Assembly: GCA_000004695.1 (NCBI GenBank) | Contig: CM000151.3 | Location: forward strand, 160,001-224,000 | Direction of reading: 5' to 3' | Length of the DNA: 64,000 nt | From: Dictyostelium discoideum | Lineage: Eukaryota | Part shown: in pieces, positions 25,587 through 43,788 of the stretch | How positions within the stretch are numbered: position 1 is the first letter of the stretch | Layout: each line of letters begins with the position of its first letter | Program-made: the position numbers and the translations under genes | The notes under the pieces: model-generated | Told to the model about the DNA's origin: nothing | The model's database searches: none | The model's input: only the letters and a program-made list of their open reading frames with translations

Positions 25587-26735
25587 ATTTACATATGGTT
25601 TCAATTGGCTTTTATATTTATTAAATAAGTAATTTATAATATCTTGATAATCTGAATAATCTTTGTATACAATTATACCAAACCATTCAACCATATTAGA
25701 TGCTAATGGTTTGACATATCCATAGGATCCATTGATTATTATATTTTCATGTCCACCATCATCATTAGCATCCTCTTGTTCATATTGTTGTAATAAATTA
25801 TCTAATTTAATAAATGATTCTAAATCAAATGTTTTAATTATTAATTTCAATAGTTGGTGTTTTAAAAATGGTTTTTTGATTTTATTTTTCTTTCTAAATT
25901 TTAATTCAATTTCAAAATAATGTAAAAATAAATTAACTCTTGGATTATTATAATCTAACATTTTGGATACTTGGATATTAAAGTTATCTTTTACAATGTC
26001 CATGATTGTTGAATCGATAAATTGATTTAAATCTTTATTATTTCTATCAGTAAATATATATTCGAATGTATATACTGATTTATCTATATGATATTTCAAG
26101 AATGGTCTTTCTCTTTCAAAACCACCCGTGGGATCCTCAATAACGATTACACATGATCCGATGATTGGTGAAAAAGTTTTTAAATAATAGTATGAAGTGT
26201 ATTCTGAACTCTTTATTTTGATATAATTTGATATTAATTGATGAGCTGTTTTAATTTGGTCAATTGTTAAATTATTGACTCTAATTAACTTTAAATAAAA
26301 GAAATTTAATATCAATGATAAATTTGATAATGATAATTGACCATCTTTGAATCTATCAATTAAAAACTGAATAATATCAATTAAATCTTTATATAAATTT
26401 TTGCATGTATAGATTCTATTATGAAAACGATCTTTAAATGCTTTTTCATGTAATTTTAAATCTTTACCATTTAAATTATCAAGAATAAATTGTACACCTT
26501 CAAAATTTAAAAGTTCAATAAATGTTTGAAATAAATAAGAGGTTACATTTGGAAAGTTATTGAAATTTACTTTAATTTTAGTGAGATTGATTATTTGACA
26601 TGTTTGTTGAGTTGGTATTTTATATTGTTTGAATTTTTCATTTTCATGATAACCTGCCGAATCGTCCCAAATCTCCCCTTCTATAGAGTATGAGTTAATA
26701 AAAAACCGTCTTAAATTGTAATTAAATATTTTCAT
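25587..26735 (-). CDS. hypothetical protein, downstream (C-terminal) ORF segment; 3' end uncertain
   Basis: The ORF listed as 25416..26735 reads through an A56 tract (25501-25556) as poly-Phe, which is implausible. A GTAAAT donor follows ...KSQLKPY at about 25586, so I end the confident part there. No recognisable domain. Confidence 0.4.
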
Positions 26736-26737
26736 TA

Positions 26738-27490
26738 CTAAAACCCCCCACCACTATAGTCCAACAATAACTCATCAATAGAATCACAAATTAATCTTAG
26801 GTATTTAATTGAATTTTTTGAACCAAATTGAATAATTTGAATCATATAATATTTAAATAAATCTTCATTATCATTAAAGTTTGATTGGTTTAAACGATTG
26901 ATTAATGATACAATATCATCATGAGTACGTAAAATGTGAATATTACACAACTGTTTATTTGAATCTAAAATTGGAATTACTCGTTTAAATTTGATTCTTG
27001 CATATTCTAATAATTCTGATGTACTAAAATCAAGTTTCATTTGATTTAATTTTGAATTTAAAGCATTTCTTATTTTTAAAATACTACAACCACCTGTTTC
27101 GATATCTGATAACCAATCGATTGTTTCTTTATCTTTAATTGTAACAATCATATCATTATCAATTAGATTTGATGTAATTTCTTTCCATTTCGATAATAGA
27201 ATTAATTGAAATTGTTTTTCATGCAAATCGATAAGTTCCTTTGTTGATATTACATCATCTAATGGTTTTTCTTCAATATCCTCTATAATGATTGATTTTT
27301 GTGTGGAATAGATTTTATAGAACATAATAATATTGTTATTATCTATTTGATAACTTTTGAATAAAGTGTTGAGATATATTTCACCAATATAGTCCAAATC
27401 TGATTTTGTTATATTGATTTTTACATGTTTTTTCAATAGAAACTTTAATATATTGGTGCTATAGGTTTTTGCCATAAAATATATTAACAA
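26738..27490 (-). CDS. hypothetical protein, upstream ORF segment; separated from the 25587..26735 ORF by a single-base frame offset at a G6 tract
   Basis: 250-aa ORF ending ...LLDYSGGGF*. The stop TAG is at 26738-26740 and the ATG of the next ORF at 26733-26735. One extra G in the G6 run (plus-strand cccccc, 26744-26749) would fuse both into one ~690-aa protein. The open frame also extends about 70 codons upstream of the listed start. Confidence 0.4.
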   Translation of the reverse strand: MLIYFMAKTYSTNILKFLLKKHVKINITKSDLDYIGEIYLNTLFKSYQIDNNNIIMFYKIYSTQKSIIIEDIEEKPLDDVISTKELIDLHEKQFQLILLSKWKEITSNLIDNDMIVTIKDKETIDWLSDIETGGCSILKIRNALNSKLNQMKLDFSTSELLEYARIKFKRVIPILDSNKQLCNIHILRTHDDIVSLINRLNQSNFNDNEDLFKYYMIQIIQFGSKNSIKYLRLICDSIDELLLDYSGGGF

Positions 27491-28684
27491 TGGTTTAATT
27501 TTTTCACAGAGTCGAATGGTATCAATTAGTTCATTATATTCTTTTAAATACCATGCATATAAAACAATAGATTTAGTTTCATTAATTAATAGTTGAAATA
27601 AATTAAATTCTGAACCATAATCAGAAATGAATTGTGAACTATTTAATATACTTGAAAAATAATTTTCATGAAAAAATGCTTTACTAAAAAACCTGAAAAC
27701 AATATACCATCAATATTAATAAATTTAGATAAACCAATTGAATCAGACCTTTTCTTTTTATTTTAAAATTTAAAAATGATCCAGGCTTATTTTTTTATCT
27801 GGAAAAATGCTATTGAATTCCGAAAATGCAATACTAAAATCTATACTGGGGTCACTGCTTAAAAAACTTGTTTAAAATTTGAATAATAAATATGAAATCC
27901 ATTTAAATATCCAGAGTGTTCAACTAATATATTTAAATATGTATCATAATTTGTCATTTCAAATCAACAATTATTAAATTTTTTTTTTTAATGGTGTGGA
28001 GTATGTGGATGAATAAAGATAAAATCCAAATCTTTTTGTTGAATTTGAAAATATACATTTATAAAATTCTATTTTTGTTTCCCCAATTTCCTTATTTTCT
28101 GTGCCAAGTAATGTTTTATCAAAGTTTATAAAGTTAATATTTGTTGCTTTTAAATATGTTTATATAAAAGTTTGAAAAATGAGAAATCTTCCAAATCACA
28201 TCCATCAAAGAATACTTTTTTAGAATAATTGGAATATGTTGTAATTGTTAAGTTTTAATATTGTAAAATTTTATTGGAAACACATTCAGGTTGGTTGGAA
28301 ATATAGTTGTAATATAATCTATGGGAATTTTATCTGATTAATTAAATAGAAAAAATGGGAAAATATCTTTCATTTCACTAACAATATCTTTTTAAAAAAA
28401 AAAAAAAATTGGATAAAATTTTAAAAAAAATAGATTTCCATTTGGATAATTAAAAAAAAAATATTGGATAAAGATAATCAAAAAAGACACTTTTTATCCT
28501 ATAGTGGATAAAGGTAAAACACTAATTTTTTAAAAAAAAAAAAAATTGTTTCTATCCAACTGCCCCTCCCCCCTTTTTTTAAATTTTTTTTTTACTAAAA
28601 ACAAAATAATCCATATTAAAATAAACTAATTTTATTTTTTTTTGTTTTTTTTACTATAAAGTAAAGGATATTTTATTTTTAATA

Positions 28685-28894
28685 TCAACAGTAATTTGCA
28701 AATAGTGAAACAAACATCGAATTAAAACTTTCTGGCATTTCTTTCCAATCTCTTTTTGCATTCATGAATGCATTGTTAACAGCAGAACAATCTTGGCTAC
28801 TAATTTTGCAAACCCCACCATTGGCTTCATTAATTTCACCCAACACAAAAGAAAGAGTAATAATAAGTAAAATAAAAATAATAATTTTATTCAT
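28685..28894 (-). CDS. small secreted cysteine-containing peptide (69 aa), paralog A
   Basis: MNKIIIFILLIITLSFVLGE signal peptide plus a 49-aa mature peptide with 3 Cys. It is nearly identical to the ORF at 32510..32719, and flanking non-coding DNA is also duplicated. Confidence 0.55.
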   Translation of the reverse strand: MNKIIIFILLIITLSFVLGEINEANGGVCKISSQDCSAVNNAFMNAKRDWKEMPESFNSMFVSLFANYC

Positions 28895-29219
28895 TTCTTT
28901 ATTTTTAATTTTAGTTTTTTTTTTTTTTTAAAAAAAATATTTTTTTTTTTTTCTTTTTTTGAATGATTTTTAAAAATAAAATTATTTATTTAACCTTTTT
29001 ATAACTTTTTTTTTTTTTTTACCAATATTATTAAAAAAAAAATAATTACCATAACAAATAATTACTATTTTAAATTTCCATTTAAAATATTATAAAATAT
29101 TAATATAAATTTGTATTTGCCATCTTTTAAAATAAAACTATGTTATTACATGAAATTGTTTTTTTTTATTTTTTTTATTTTCTTTATAGTCATCAAATAT
29201 AGTTAAATACAAATTTAAA

Positions 29220-29251
<32 letters not shown>

Positions 29252-30326
29252 CATATGAACCTTTTTGTTTTTTTTTATTATAATAATTATTTGTGATATG
29301 GTAATTTTTGGAATTAAAAAAATTAAAAAAAAAATAACAAAAAATTAATAAAATTTAAAATAGATTAATCATGAATAGATAAATAAATAAACAAAAAAAA
29401 TGTTTTAAAAAGAAGAAATTTAGTGAATATCGTTTTCTAAGACTTTTTTTATACCAAAGATTTTAAATCCACCATCTTCATATTTTTCAATACCATTTTT
29501 GCAGTATTTAAAAAACATTAATATTTACTTATTTTATTTTATCTTTTTTATTTATATATAAAATATCGTAAATTAATTATTTATATTTTTATTTCATTTT
29601 ATTTTATTTTCTTTTTTATTTTAATTTTATTTTTTATTTTTTTTTTTAAATTTAATTTCCCTGTGAAATTTTAAAAATTACAACGAAATAATGAAAAAAT
29701 TAAAAATAATAATCTCCCCAGATCAGAAAAATCTATTAACAATTATTGTGAGATTTTCAAAAAAATATTAATGAAAAAAATTACTTGGTGGTAATTAATC
29801 ATAATTTCTATATTGAGATAGAGATTTTTTTTTTTTTTTTTTTTTTTTTCAAAATTACCCTATCATCCATTGTTTTTTTTTTTTTTTTAAAATAAAGTAT
29901 TTAAAATCCCACAATAAACAAAAATTTTTTTTTTTTTTTTTTCATTTTAAATATGATTTTGTTGTGAAATTTTTTTTTTTTTTTTTTTGTATTATTATAA
30001 AATTAATCAAATCAAAAAAAAAAAAATATGTCCATCTTGAATTTCTCTTTTTATTTTTACATATTAAAATTTTTTTTTCAAGAGTTAAATAATTTTTTAA
30101 GATACCAAAATTGGGGTTTAAAAGGGATTTTTTTTTTATTTTTTATTTGACCCATTACTTTTATTTTTTTTTATTTTAAATTTAATAATCATTGTCATTC
30201 TAATAAAATTAAAAAAAAATATTAAAAAAAAAATTAAAAAAAAAAATTTAAAAAACCAATCATTTTTTTTTTTTTTATCATTTTTCTCATTTTTTTTTCA
30301 ATATCATTTTAATAATAAAAAAACAG

Positions 30327-31266
30327 ATGGATCACATTCTTAAAGATAATAATAATATTAATAAAAATAATAAAGATAATGAAATATTATTTTTTAAAGT
30401 TTTTAGAAACCATTTTATATTTAATGAAATATTTAAACATGTTAGGCTATATGATTTACATGAATCAAAAGCTTATAGTATAAATTTAAAGGATTCTAAA
30501 TATAAAGATTATATTAAATATATATTTGATTTTAATTTTTCAATTAAAAATCAAAATATTTTAACAAATTTTAAAGAATTAATTAAATTAAAATTTAATA
30601 AAGATTTTAATAAGAAATTAAAAGCAAATTCAATACCAAATACAATTAAAATAATTATATTTAATAAAAATTATAAACAACCTATTGATTTAGGTATTTT
30701 ACCATCAAGTTTAGAATATTTAAGTTTTCATAGTTTTTATAATGATTCAAATTTTACAATAACAAGAAATTTATTACCAAATTCAATAACAACATTAATA
30801 TTCGATAATGATGAGCATAATGGATATGATGCATATAGAAATGATAGTGGTTGTTTTATAGATTTAAACATTGGAGGGATTTTACCAAATTCATTAACAA
30901 AATTAAATTTACCAAATAATTTTAATACGAAATTAAATTTCAAATCATTACCAAATTCAATTACAAGTTTAAAATTTGGTCTTTATAACGAACCATTAGA
31001 AGACAATGTTTTACCTGATAATTTGGTTGAATTAACAATGGTTTGTTTTAATAGAGATTTCCACGAAAATACATTTACAAATTGTAAACAAATTAATAAA
31101 TTAATTTTATATAAATTTAATCAAAAAATAAGTGGTACGAATTTACTACCAAAAAGTTTAACACATTTAGAATTACTATTTTTTAACCAACCAATAATGG
31201 ATACTACAAATAATAGTTTATTACCAAATAATTTAAAATATTTAGATATTACATATTATAATATTG

Positions 31267-31324
<58 letters not shown>

Positions 31325-32051
31325 TAATAATGGTTCATTATTTTTACCAAATTCCATTGAAACTTTAATCATCAATAAAATAAATTTATTTCCATCATTT
31401 CCTAATTCATTAACTTCTTTAGCAATGTCATATGAAAACAAAGGTTATATTTTTAAATTATTAAGCCTTTTACAAGATATTAATTTAAACAAATGTGTTT
31501 TCATTAAATATAAGCAATATATATACCCAAATTCTAATTTGGTAAGTCTTGTTTTTCATCCATCTAAAATAATTATGGAAAAAGAAAAAGAAAATGAAAA
31601 TGAAAATGAAAATGATGAATTTTTCAACCAAAAAAATATTAAAATAGTAGAAATAAAACAAAAAAATTTTAATTGGTCAAATTTACTAGAATTTAGATAT
31701 TTAAAAGAACTAATATTTGATAAAAATTCAACTTTTAATAAAAATTTAATTAAAGGAATTTTACCAGATTCTTTAGAAAGATTGGAGTTTGGAAAACATT
31801 GGAATAATGGTGATAATAAAAATGAAATAAATTTTTATGGAAAAGAGCTTAAAGTTGGTATATTCCCAAATCAAATTAAGTTTTTAAAATTTGGTAAATT
31901 ATTCTATAAATCTATTAAATTAGAGGCATTACCAACATCTTTAATTAAACTTTGTTTACCAAAGAAATCATTACTTTTATTGCCTAAAAATTACATTTTA
32001 AAATTCAAAATATCTTTATTAAAAAAAAAAAATATATATATTAAATATTAA
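30327..32051 (+). CDS. FNIP-repeat-containing protein
   Basis: 574-aa single ORF with more than 10 tandem ~22-aa FNIP units (ILPSSLEYLSFHSFYND, LLPNSITTLIFDNDEHNG, ILPNSLTKLNLPNNFN, SLPNSITSLKFGLYNEPL, LLPKSLTHLELLFFNQPI, LLPNNLKYLDI...). It also has an (AAT)24 poly-Asn tract. FNIP repeats are a dictyostelid-specific family. Confidence 0.8.
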
Positions 32052-32509
32052 TTAGTAAAAATAATATAAAAAAAAAAATAAAAAAAATAAAAAAAATAGA
32101 AACCAATGATTAAAAACCAATTGGTTTATTTAAATAACTATAAATTCTATTATTCTATACTATAATTTTGTTAATTTTTAAAAATTTTATTTGTTTTGTT
32201 TAAAAAAAAAAAAATTGTTTCTATCTAAAAATAAAAAAATAAAAAAAAAAAAACCGAAAGGTTTAAATGATTTTTTTTATATTTTAATAACTTTTGTATT
32301 TTAAGGGTCTAATTTATCTTATCAAAATCCAAATAAAAAATAATAAAAAATAAGTTGAAAAAAAAAAAATAATAGTGTGTGAAAAAAAGCCCTTTTTTTA
32401 AAATTTTTTTTTTTTCCAAAAACAAAAATAAGACATATTAAAATAAACTAATTTTTTTTTTTATTTTGTTTTTTTTACTATAATGTAAAGGATATTTTAT
32501 TTTTTAATA

Positions 32510-32719
32510 TCAACAGTAATTTGCAAATAGTGAAACAAACATCGAATTAAAACTTTCTGGCATTTCTTTCCAATCTCTTTTTGCATTCATGAATGCATTG
32601 TAAACAGCAGAACAATCTTGGATATCAATTTTGCAAACCCCGCCATTGGCTTCATTAATTTCACCCAACACAAAAGAAAGAGTAATAATAAGTAAAATAA
32701 AAATAATAATTTTATTCAT
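32510..32719 (-). CDS. small secreted cysteine-containing peptide (69 aa), paralog B
   Basis: Identical to paralog A except CKISSQDCSAVNNAF became CKIDIQDCSAVYNAF, four nucleotide changes that are all nonsynonymous. Same orientation, 3825 bp downstream. Confidence 0.55.
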   Translation of the reverse strand: MNKIIIFILLIITLSFVLGEINEANGGVCKIDIQDCSAVYNAFMNAKRDWKEMPESFNSMFVSLFANYC

Positions 32720-33218
32720 TTCTTTATTTTTAATTTGAGTTTTTTTTTTTTTTTTTTAAAAAAAATATATTTTTTTTTTGTTTTTTTAAATGATTTTTAA
32801 AAATAAAATAATTTATTTAACCTTTTATATTACTTTTTTGAAAAAAAAAAAAAAAAAATAAATAATTATGTTACCATAACAAAGATTTACTATTTTAAAT
32901 TTATAATTAAAATATTATAAAATATTAGAAATTTAAAATAGTAAATATTTGTTAGATTTTTATTTGCCATCTTTTAAATCTTTTGTTTTTAAATCTTTTT
33001 TTTTTTTTTTTATAGCCAACAAATAAAATCATGACATTACATGAAATTGTTTTTTTTTTTTTTTCTTTATAGTCAACAAATTCTTAAACAAAAAAAAAAC
33101 ATGTGAGAATCTTTTTGTTTTTTTCATTATCACAATTATTAATATAAAGGTGCAACAAATATTCTTAAAAAAAAAAAAAAAAATTTAATTCGATAAATTC
33201 TCTTATAAATAAATTTTA

Positions 33219-36196
<2,978 letters not shown>

Positions 36197-36706
36197 TTTC
36201 TTTTTTTTTTTTTTTATTCAATAAATAAAAAACTATCTTTTTAGAATTAAACCTTAAAAAAAAAAAAAAAAGAAAAATAGAAAATTAAATAATAAAAAAA
36301 AAATAAAAATAGAAAATGGAAAAATAAAATAAAAATAAAAAAATAAAAAATATATAAAAATATAAAAATATAAAAATAAAAAAATAAAAAATAGTGATGG
36401 ATTTTTTAAGTTGGGAAAAAAAAAAAAAAAAAGTAAATTATTGAGAGGTTTTTTTTTATTTTTAAAAAAACAGGTTAAAAAATCCGAGTAAAATATCTCA
36501 TTTTTTTGAATTTTCACACAAAAAAAAAAAGATCTTTGCAGAATGGAATCACTTTTTTTTTTTTTTTTACCAAAATTTCAGAATTGTTATTTTTTTTTAT
36601 TTTTATTTTTTTATTTTTATATTTTTAAATTTTTAAATTTTCATTTTATATTTTTATTTTTAATTTTATTTTAGTATTATATTTTAAAATATTAATAACT
36701 TTTAAA

Positions 36707-37668
36707 ATGAAATATAATGCAAACACCTCTAACCAATTTAGGGCTATGGTAAATTTTTTTTTTTTTTTTTATTTTTTTTTTATTTTTTTTTTTTTTTAAA
36801 ACTAACTTATTTATTATTATTATTTATTTATTTATTTAATAGTTTTTTAAAAATGCAACATTTTTAAAAAGACAAAAATGTTCTTTAGGTGTTCAAATTG
36901 CTATTCCAATGGCATTAGTAATTGTTTTAGTTATTCTTAAACTTTGGATTGAAAGTCAAATTGAAAACAATAGTGGTCCAGTAGGTGATAGTAGTGGTGA
37001 TGATATTATGGGTTCATATATTAGTTATAAATTTGATTATATGCAAGGTTGGTTTTATACTATAAATCCAAATAATATAACTAATATTGGTTATAAAGAT
37101 GGTTATGGAAATGGAACAGGTTTGTTGGGAGGTATTAATCAATATGAAATATATTGGAATGGTAGTGATCTTTGGGTACCATATACAGTTGCAGTAGAAT
37201 CAGGTCAAAAAATGAATGATATGGTTTTAGCTCAAAAACAACAACTTGGTCAAAGTTCAATGGGTCCACTTACATTCCCAATTGCAGGTATTCAATTCAA
37301 CGAATTCAACCCACAAAATAATTTAATTGATCTTACAATAACATGTGAACAACAAATTAGATATGCCTATAACAATTTTGAAAATAATTTAATTTATGTT
37401 TTATCTCAAATTCAAACATCATTCATTAATTACCTTTTAAATGGAAATGGAGTTGTAGTTAAAACTCAAATTAGCACGTTACCATATATTTATAAAAGTC
37501 AACAATTTGATATTGCTTCACTTTTAGGTGGTTCATTCTTTCCATTTGCTCTATCTTTTGTTTTACCATTATTTATGTATTCAATTGTTTATGAAAAACA
37601 AGAAAAATTAAGAGATTTATCATTAATGGTAATTTATTTATTTATTTAAAAAAGATAAATATACATAA

Positions 37669-37710
<42 letters not shown>

Positions 37711-39668
37711 ATTTAGATGGGATTAAAAATGAGAAATTATTGGATTATGACATTTATTTTTAACTTTTTAACATATGTTGTAATTGTATCTGTTATAAGT
37801 TTAATTTGTTCAGCTGCAAAAGTATCATTATTTGTTAAAGGATCACCATTCGCTTTATTTTTATTATTATTTTTGTGGGGTTTATCAATGGTTTCATTTG
37901 CATTCTTTTTATCAACATTTTTTAAAAGAACTCGTGCCGCTTCAATTTTTGGTTACTTTTTTGTAATGGTTATGGTTAATTTAAATTCAACTTTATCACT
38001 CTTTAATACTTCAGTACCTGTATTTGTATGTATTAATTATAAATAATAATAATAATATTTAAAATTAAAATTAAAATTTTATAATAACATTTTTTTTATT
38101 TTATTATTTTTTTATAAAATAGTATTATTGGGTACCAATTTTAGCATTTAGTAGAGGTATTTCAACTTTATGTGGTTTATGTGGTAATGGATTATGTCCA
38201 CCATTATCACAATATACATGGGATTTTGAACTATCAAGAATTCTTTTTTGGTTATTCATTGATACAATTGTATATTTAACTTTAGCAGTTTATTTAGATA
38301 AAGTTTTACCTCGTGAATTTGGTGTACCAAGTCATCCATTATTTTTTATTAAAGATTTAAAGGAATTATTCTCAAAAAAAGGAAAGTATAGAAAATTACG
38401 TGATGGTGATGGAATTAATGAAAAAACAAAATTAATTAATGAATATACTATTGATGGTATTAATAATGATGATGATGATGATGGATTAATGGATGAAGAT
38501 GTAAAGAAAGAAAGGGATATGATTGTAAAAGGTGAATATAATCCAGAGGAAATGACATTAATAGTTCAAGGTTTAAGAAAACAATTTCCAGGTAGACCAA
38601 AACCAGCGTTAAGTAATCTTTATTTATCCGTTAAAAAAGGTGAAGTACTTGGTTACTTGGGTCCAAACGGTGCTGGTAAAACAACATCAATTAGTATTCT
38701 CACTGGTCTTTATACACCAACATCTGGTACTGCCCATATTGCAGGTTTAGATATTCGTTATGATATGGATAAAATTCATCAAGTAATTGGTGTAGTAATG
38801 CAATTCGATGTCTTATGGGAAGATCTCACCTGTGAAGAAACCATTCTTTATTATACTCGTCTAAAAGGTACACCAAAATCAATCGAATTTGAATCTACTC
38901 ATAATATTTTAAAAGAAGTTAATTTATTAGATGTTAAAGATAGATTTGTAAAAGAATTAAGTGGTGGTATGAAAAGAAGATTATCATTCGCTATCGCTAT
39001 GACTGGTGAATCTTCAATTATTTTCCTTGATGGTATGTATAATAAATTAATTAATTAATTTCAAAAATATATAAAAATAAACAATTACTAATACTAATAA
39101 AAATTTAATTAGAACCAACCACTGGACTATCAATTGAAACTAGAAAAGATTTATGGGGTACAATTAATGAATTAAAAAAGAATAGATCAATTATCCTTAC
39201 TACTCATTCTATGCAAGAGGTATTTATTTATATAACACACATATTAATTTTATTTAATCATAACATATAATTAATCTTATTTTTTTTTATTTATTTAAAT
39301 AGGCTGATATTTTAAGTGACCGTATTGCAATAGTTTCACAAGGTAAATTACAATGTATTGGTACTCAAACTCATTTAAAACAAAAGTTTGGTGATGGGTA
39401 TAGTGTTAGAATTGATATTCAAGAGGATTATCAAAATACTCATAATCCAACAGATTTAATTAAAAGTTTTTCGCCAAGCGCAACACTCTCTGAAACATTT
39501 AATGGAAGTTATGTTTATCGTTTACCAAAGGATTCAATCATTTCAGATCTTTACGAATATTTAGTTTTAAATAAAGAACAATATCATTTACAGGAATGGA
39601 GTTTAAGTCAAACAAGTTTAGAAGATGTTTTCCTTAAAATTTCTGCGAATGATGATACTGTAAATTAA
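36707..39668 (+). CDS. ABC transporter, ABCA-subfamily half transporter (paralog, divergently oriented)
   Basis: Six-exon model join(36707..36748,36843..37628,37717..38025,38123..39032,39113..39219,39303..39668), 839 aa. Donors are GTAAAT, GTAATT, GTATGT, GTATGT and GTATTT. N-terminus MKYNANTSNQFRAM|FFKNATFLKRQKCSLGVQIAIPMALVIVLVIL. NBD has GPNGAGKTTSISILTG, LSGGMKRRLSFAIA, IIFLDG|EPTTGLS, ILTTHSMQE|ADILSDRIAIV. The C-terminus ...EWSLSQTSLEDVFLKIS matches the ABCA consensus. Confidence 0.85.
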
Positions 39669-39759
39669 AAAAAAAAATATTTAGAAAAAAAAAAATAAAA
39701 AAATAAAAAATAAAATAATGCATTATTATTTATTTAAAATTTATAAAAATAATAAATAA

Positions 39760-39806
<47 letters not shown>

Positions 39807-40126
39807 ATACATTTTGTTTAGTTTTTATTTTATTTTATTTTATTTGTAATTAAATTAAAAAGTAGTATCATCGTCATCATTATTATTATTATTATTATTA
39901 ACAATAACTTCTGATGGAGTATCTTCTATTTCTTGAATAATTGGATCAGGGTTTAATGATTGATCATTATTTTGTATTTCTGTTGTGGCTTCGTTATTAT
40001 CAGTTAAAATATCAGTGGTGGTTTCGTTATCATCTTTTAAAATATTGGTGATTTCATTTTCCTGCTTTTCTACGACTACTGGATCTGGTTGTACGATTTT
40101 ATCCTCATTCTCTAAAGATTGATCTT

Positions 40127-42858
<2,732 letters not shown>

Positions 42859-42937
42859 TATAATAAAACTTTATGGTGAAGTTTTTGAAGTTTTGACATT
42901 ATAAAAAAAAAAAATTATTAAAATTTGGACTTTCTTG

Positions 42938-42974
<37 letters not shown>

Positions 42975-43607
42975 CATTTTTTTTTATTTTTTTTTAGGTA
43001 GCACAAATTGATATAAAATATTAAAAAAATGATTGAAATCATTCTGTTTTTTTTTTTTTTTTTAATTTTCAAAATCTAAAATCTTATATTATTGGATTTT
43101 TTGTGATTTAAATTAGTTGGAAACCTATGGGTTTAATATAATATATATTCATATCTTTTTTTTTTTTTTTTTTTTTTTTGTATTAACCCACAAAAAAAAA
43201 AAATACAATTAAATGGTAGTGGAACACCCAAAAAAAAGTTAAAGATAAAGATAAAAATTTTGATCAGAAAAAAGTCTTTTTTTTTTTGCGAATTCCCTCA
43301 TTAAAATTAAAAAAAAAAAAAGAAAAATAAAAAAGAAAAAAAGAAAAATTATTCAGAAATTGTTATTTAATTTTTAAACAATAAAATAACTGTTTAAAAT
43401 TAGTTTTTTTATTGTTTTGGTTAAATAAATTGTTTTTTTAATGAAAAAAATTCAATAGTTGTAGGTTTTTGTTGCAGGGCAAAAAGAAAAAAATTAACAG
43501 CTAGAATATCAGATGATTTAGAAAATAGGATATTGGAGGTCAAATGTTCAAAGTCATAAGTTCAACAATTTGGTAAATCAAATTACAATATATTCTATCC
43601 AACATTG

Positions 43608-43650
<43 letters not shown>

Positions 43651-43788
43651 AAAACTTTTGTTGCAATTTATTTAAGAATAATAATTAAAAATAATTAAAT
43701 AAAAAATAAACTATTATACAATATATTCTTTAATTATAATTAATATCAAAATTAATACCACTCTTAATTTTTTTTTTTTAATCATTAT

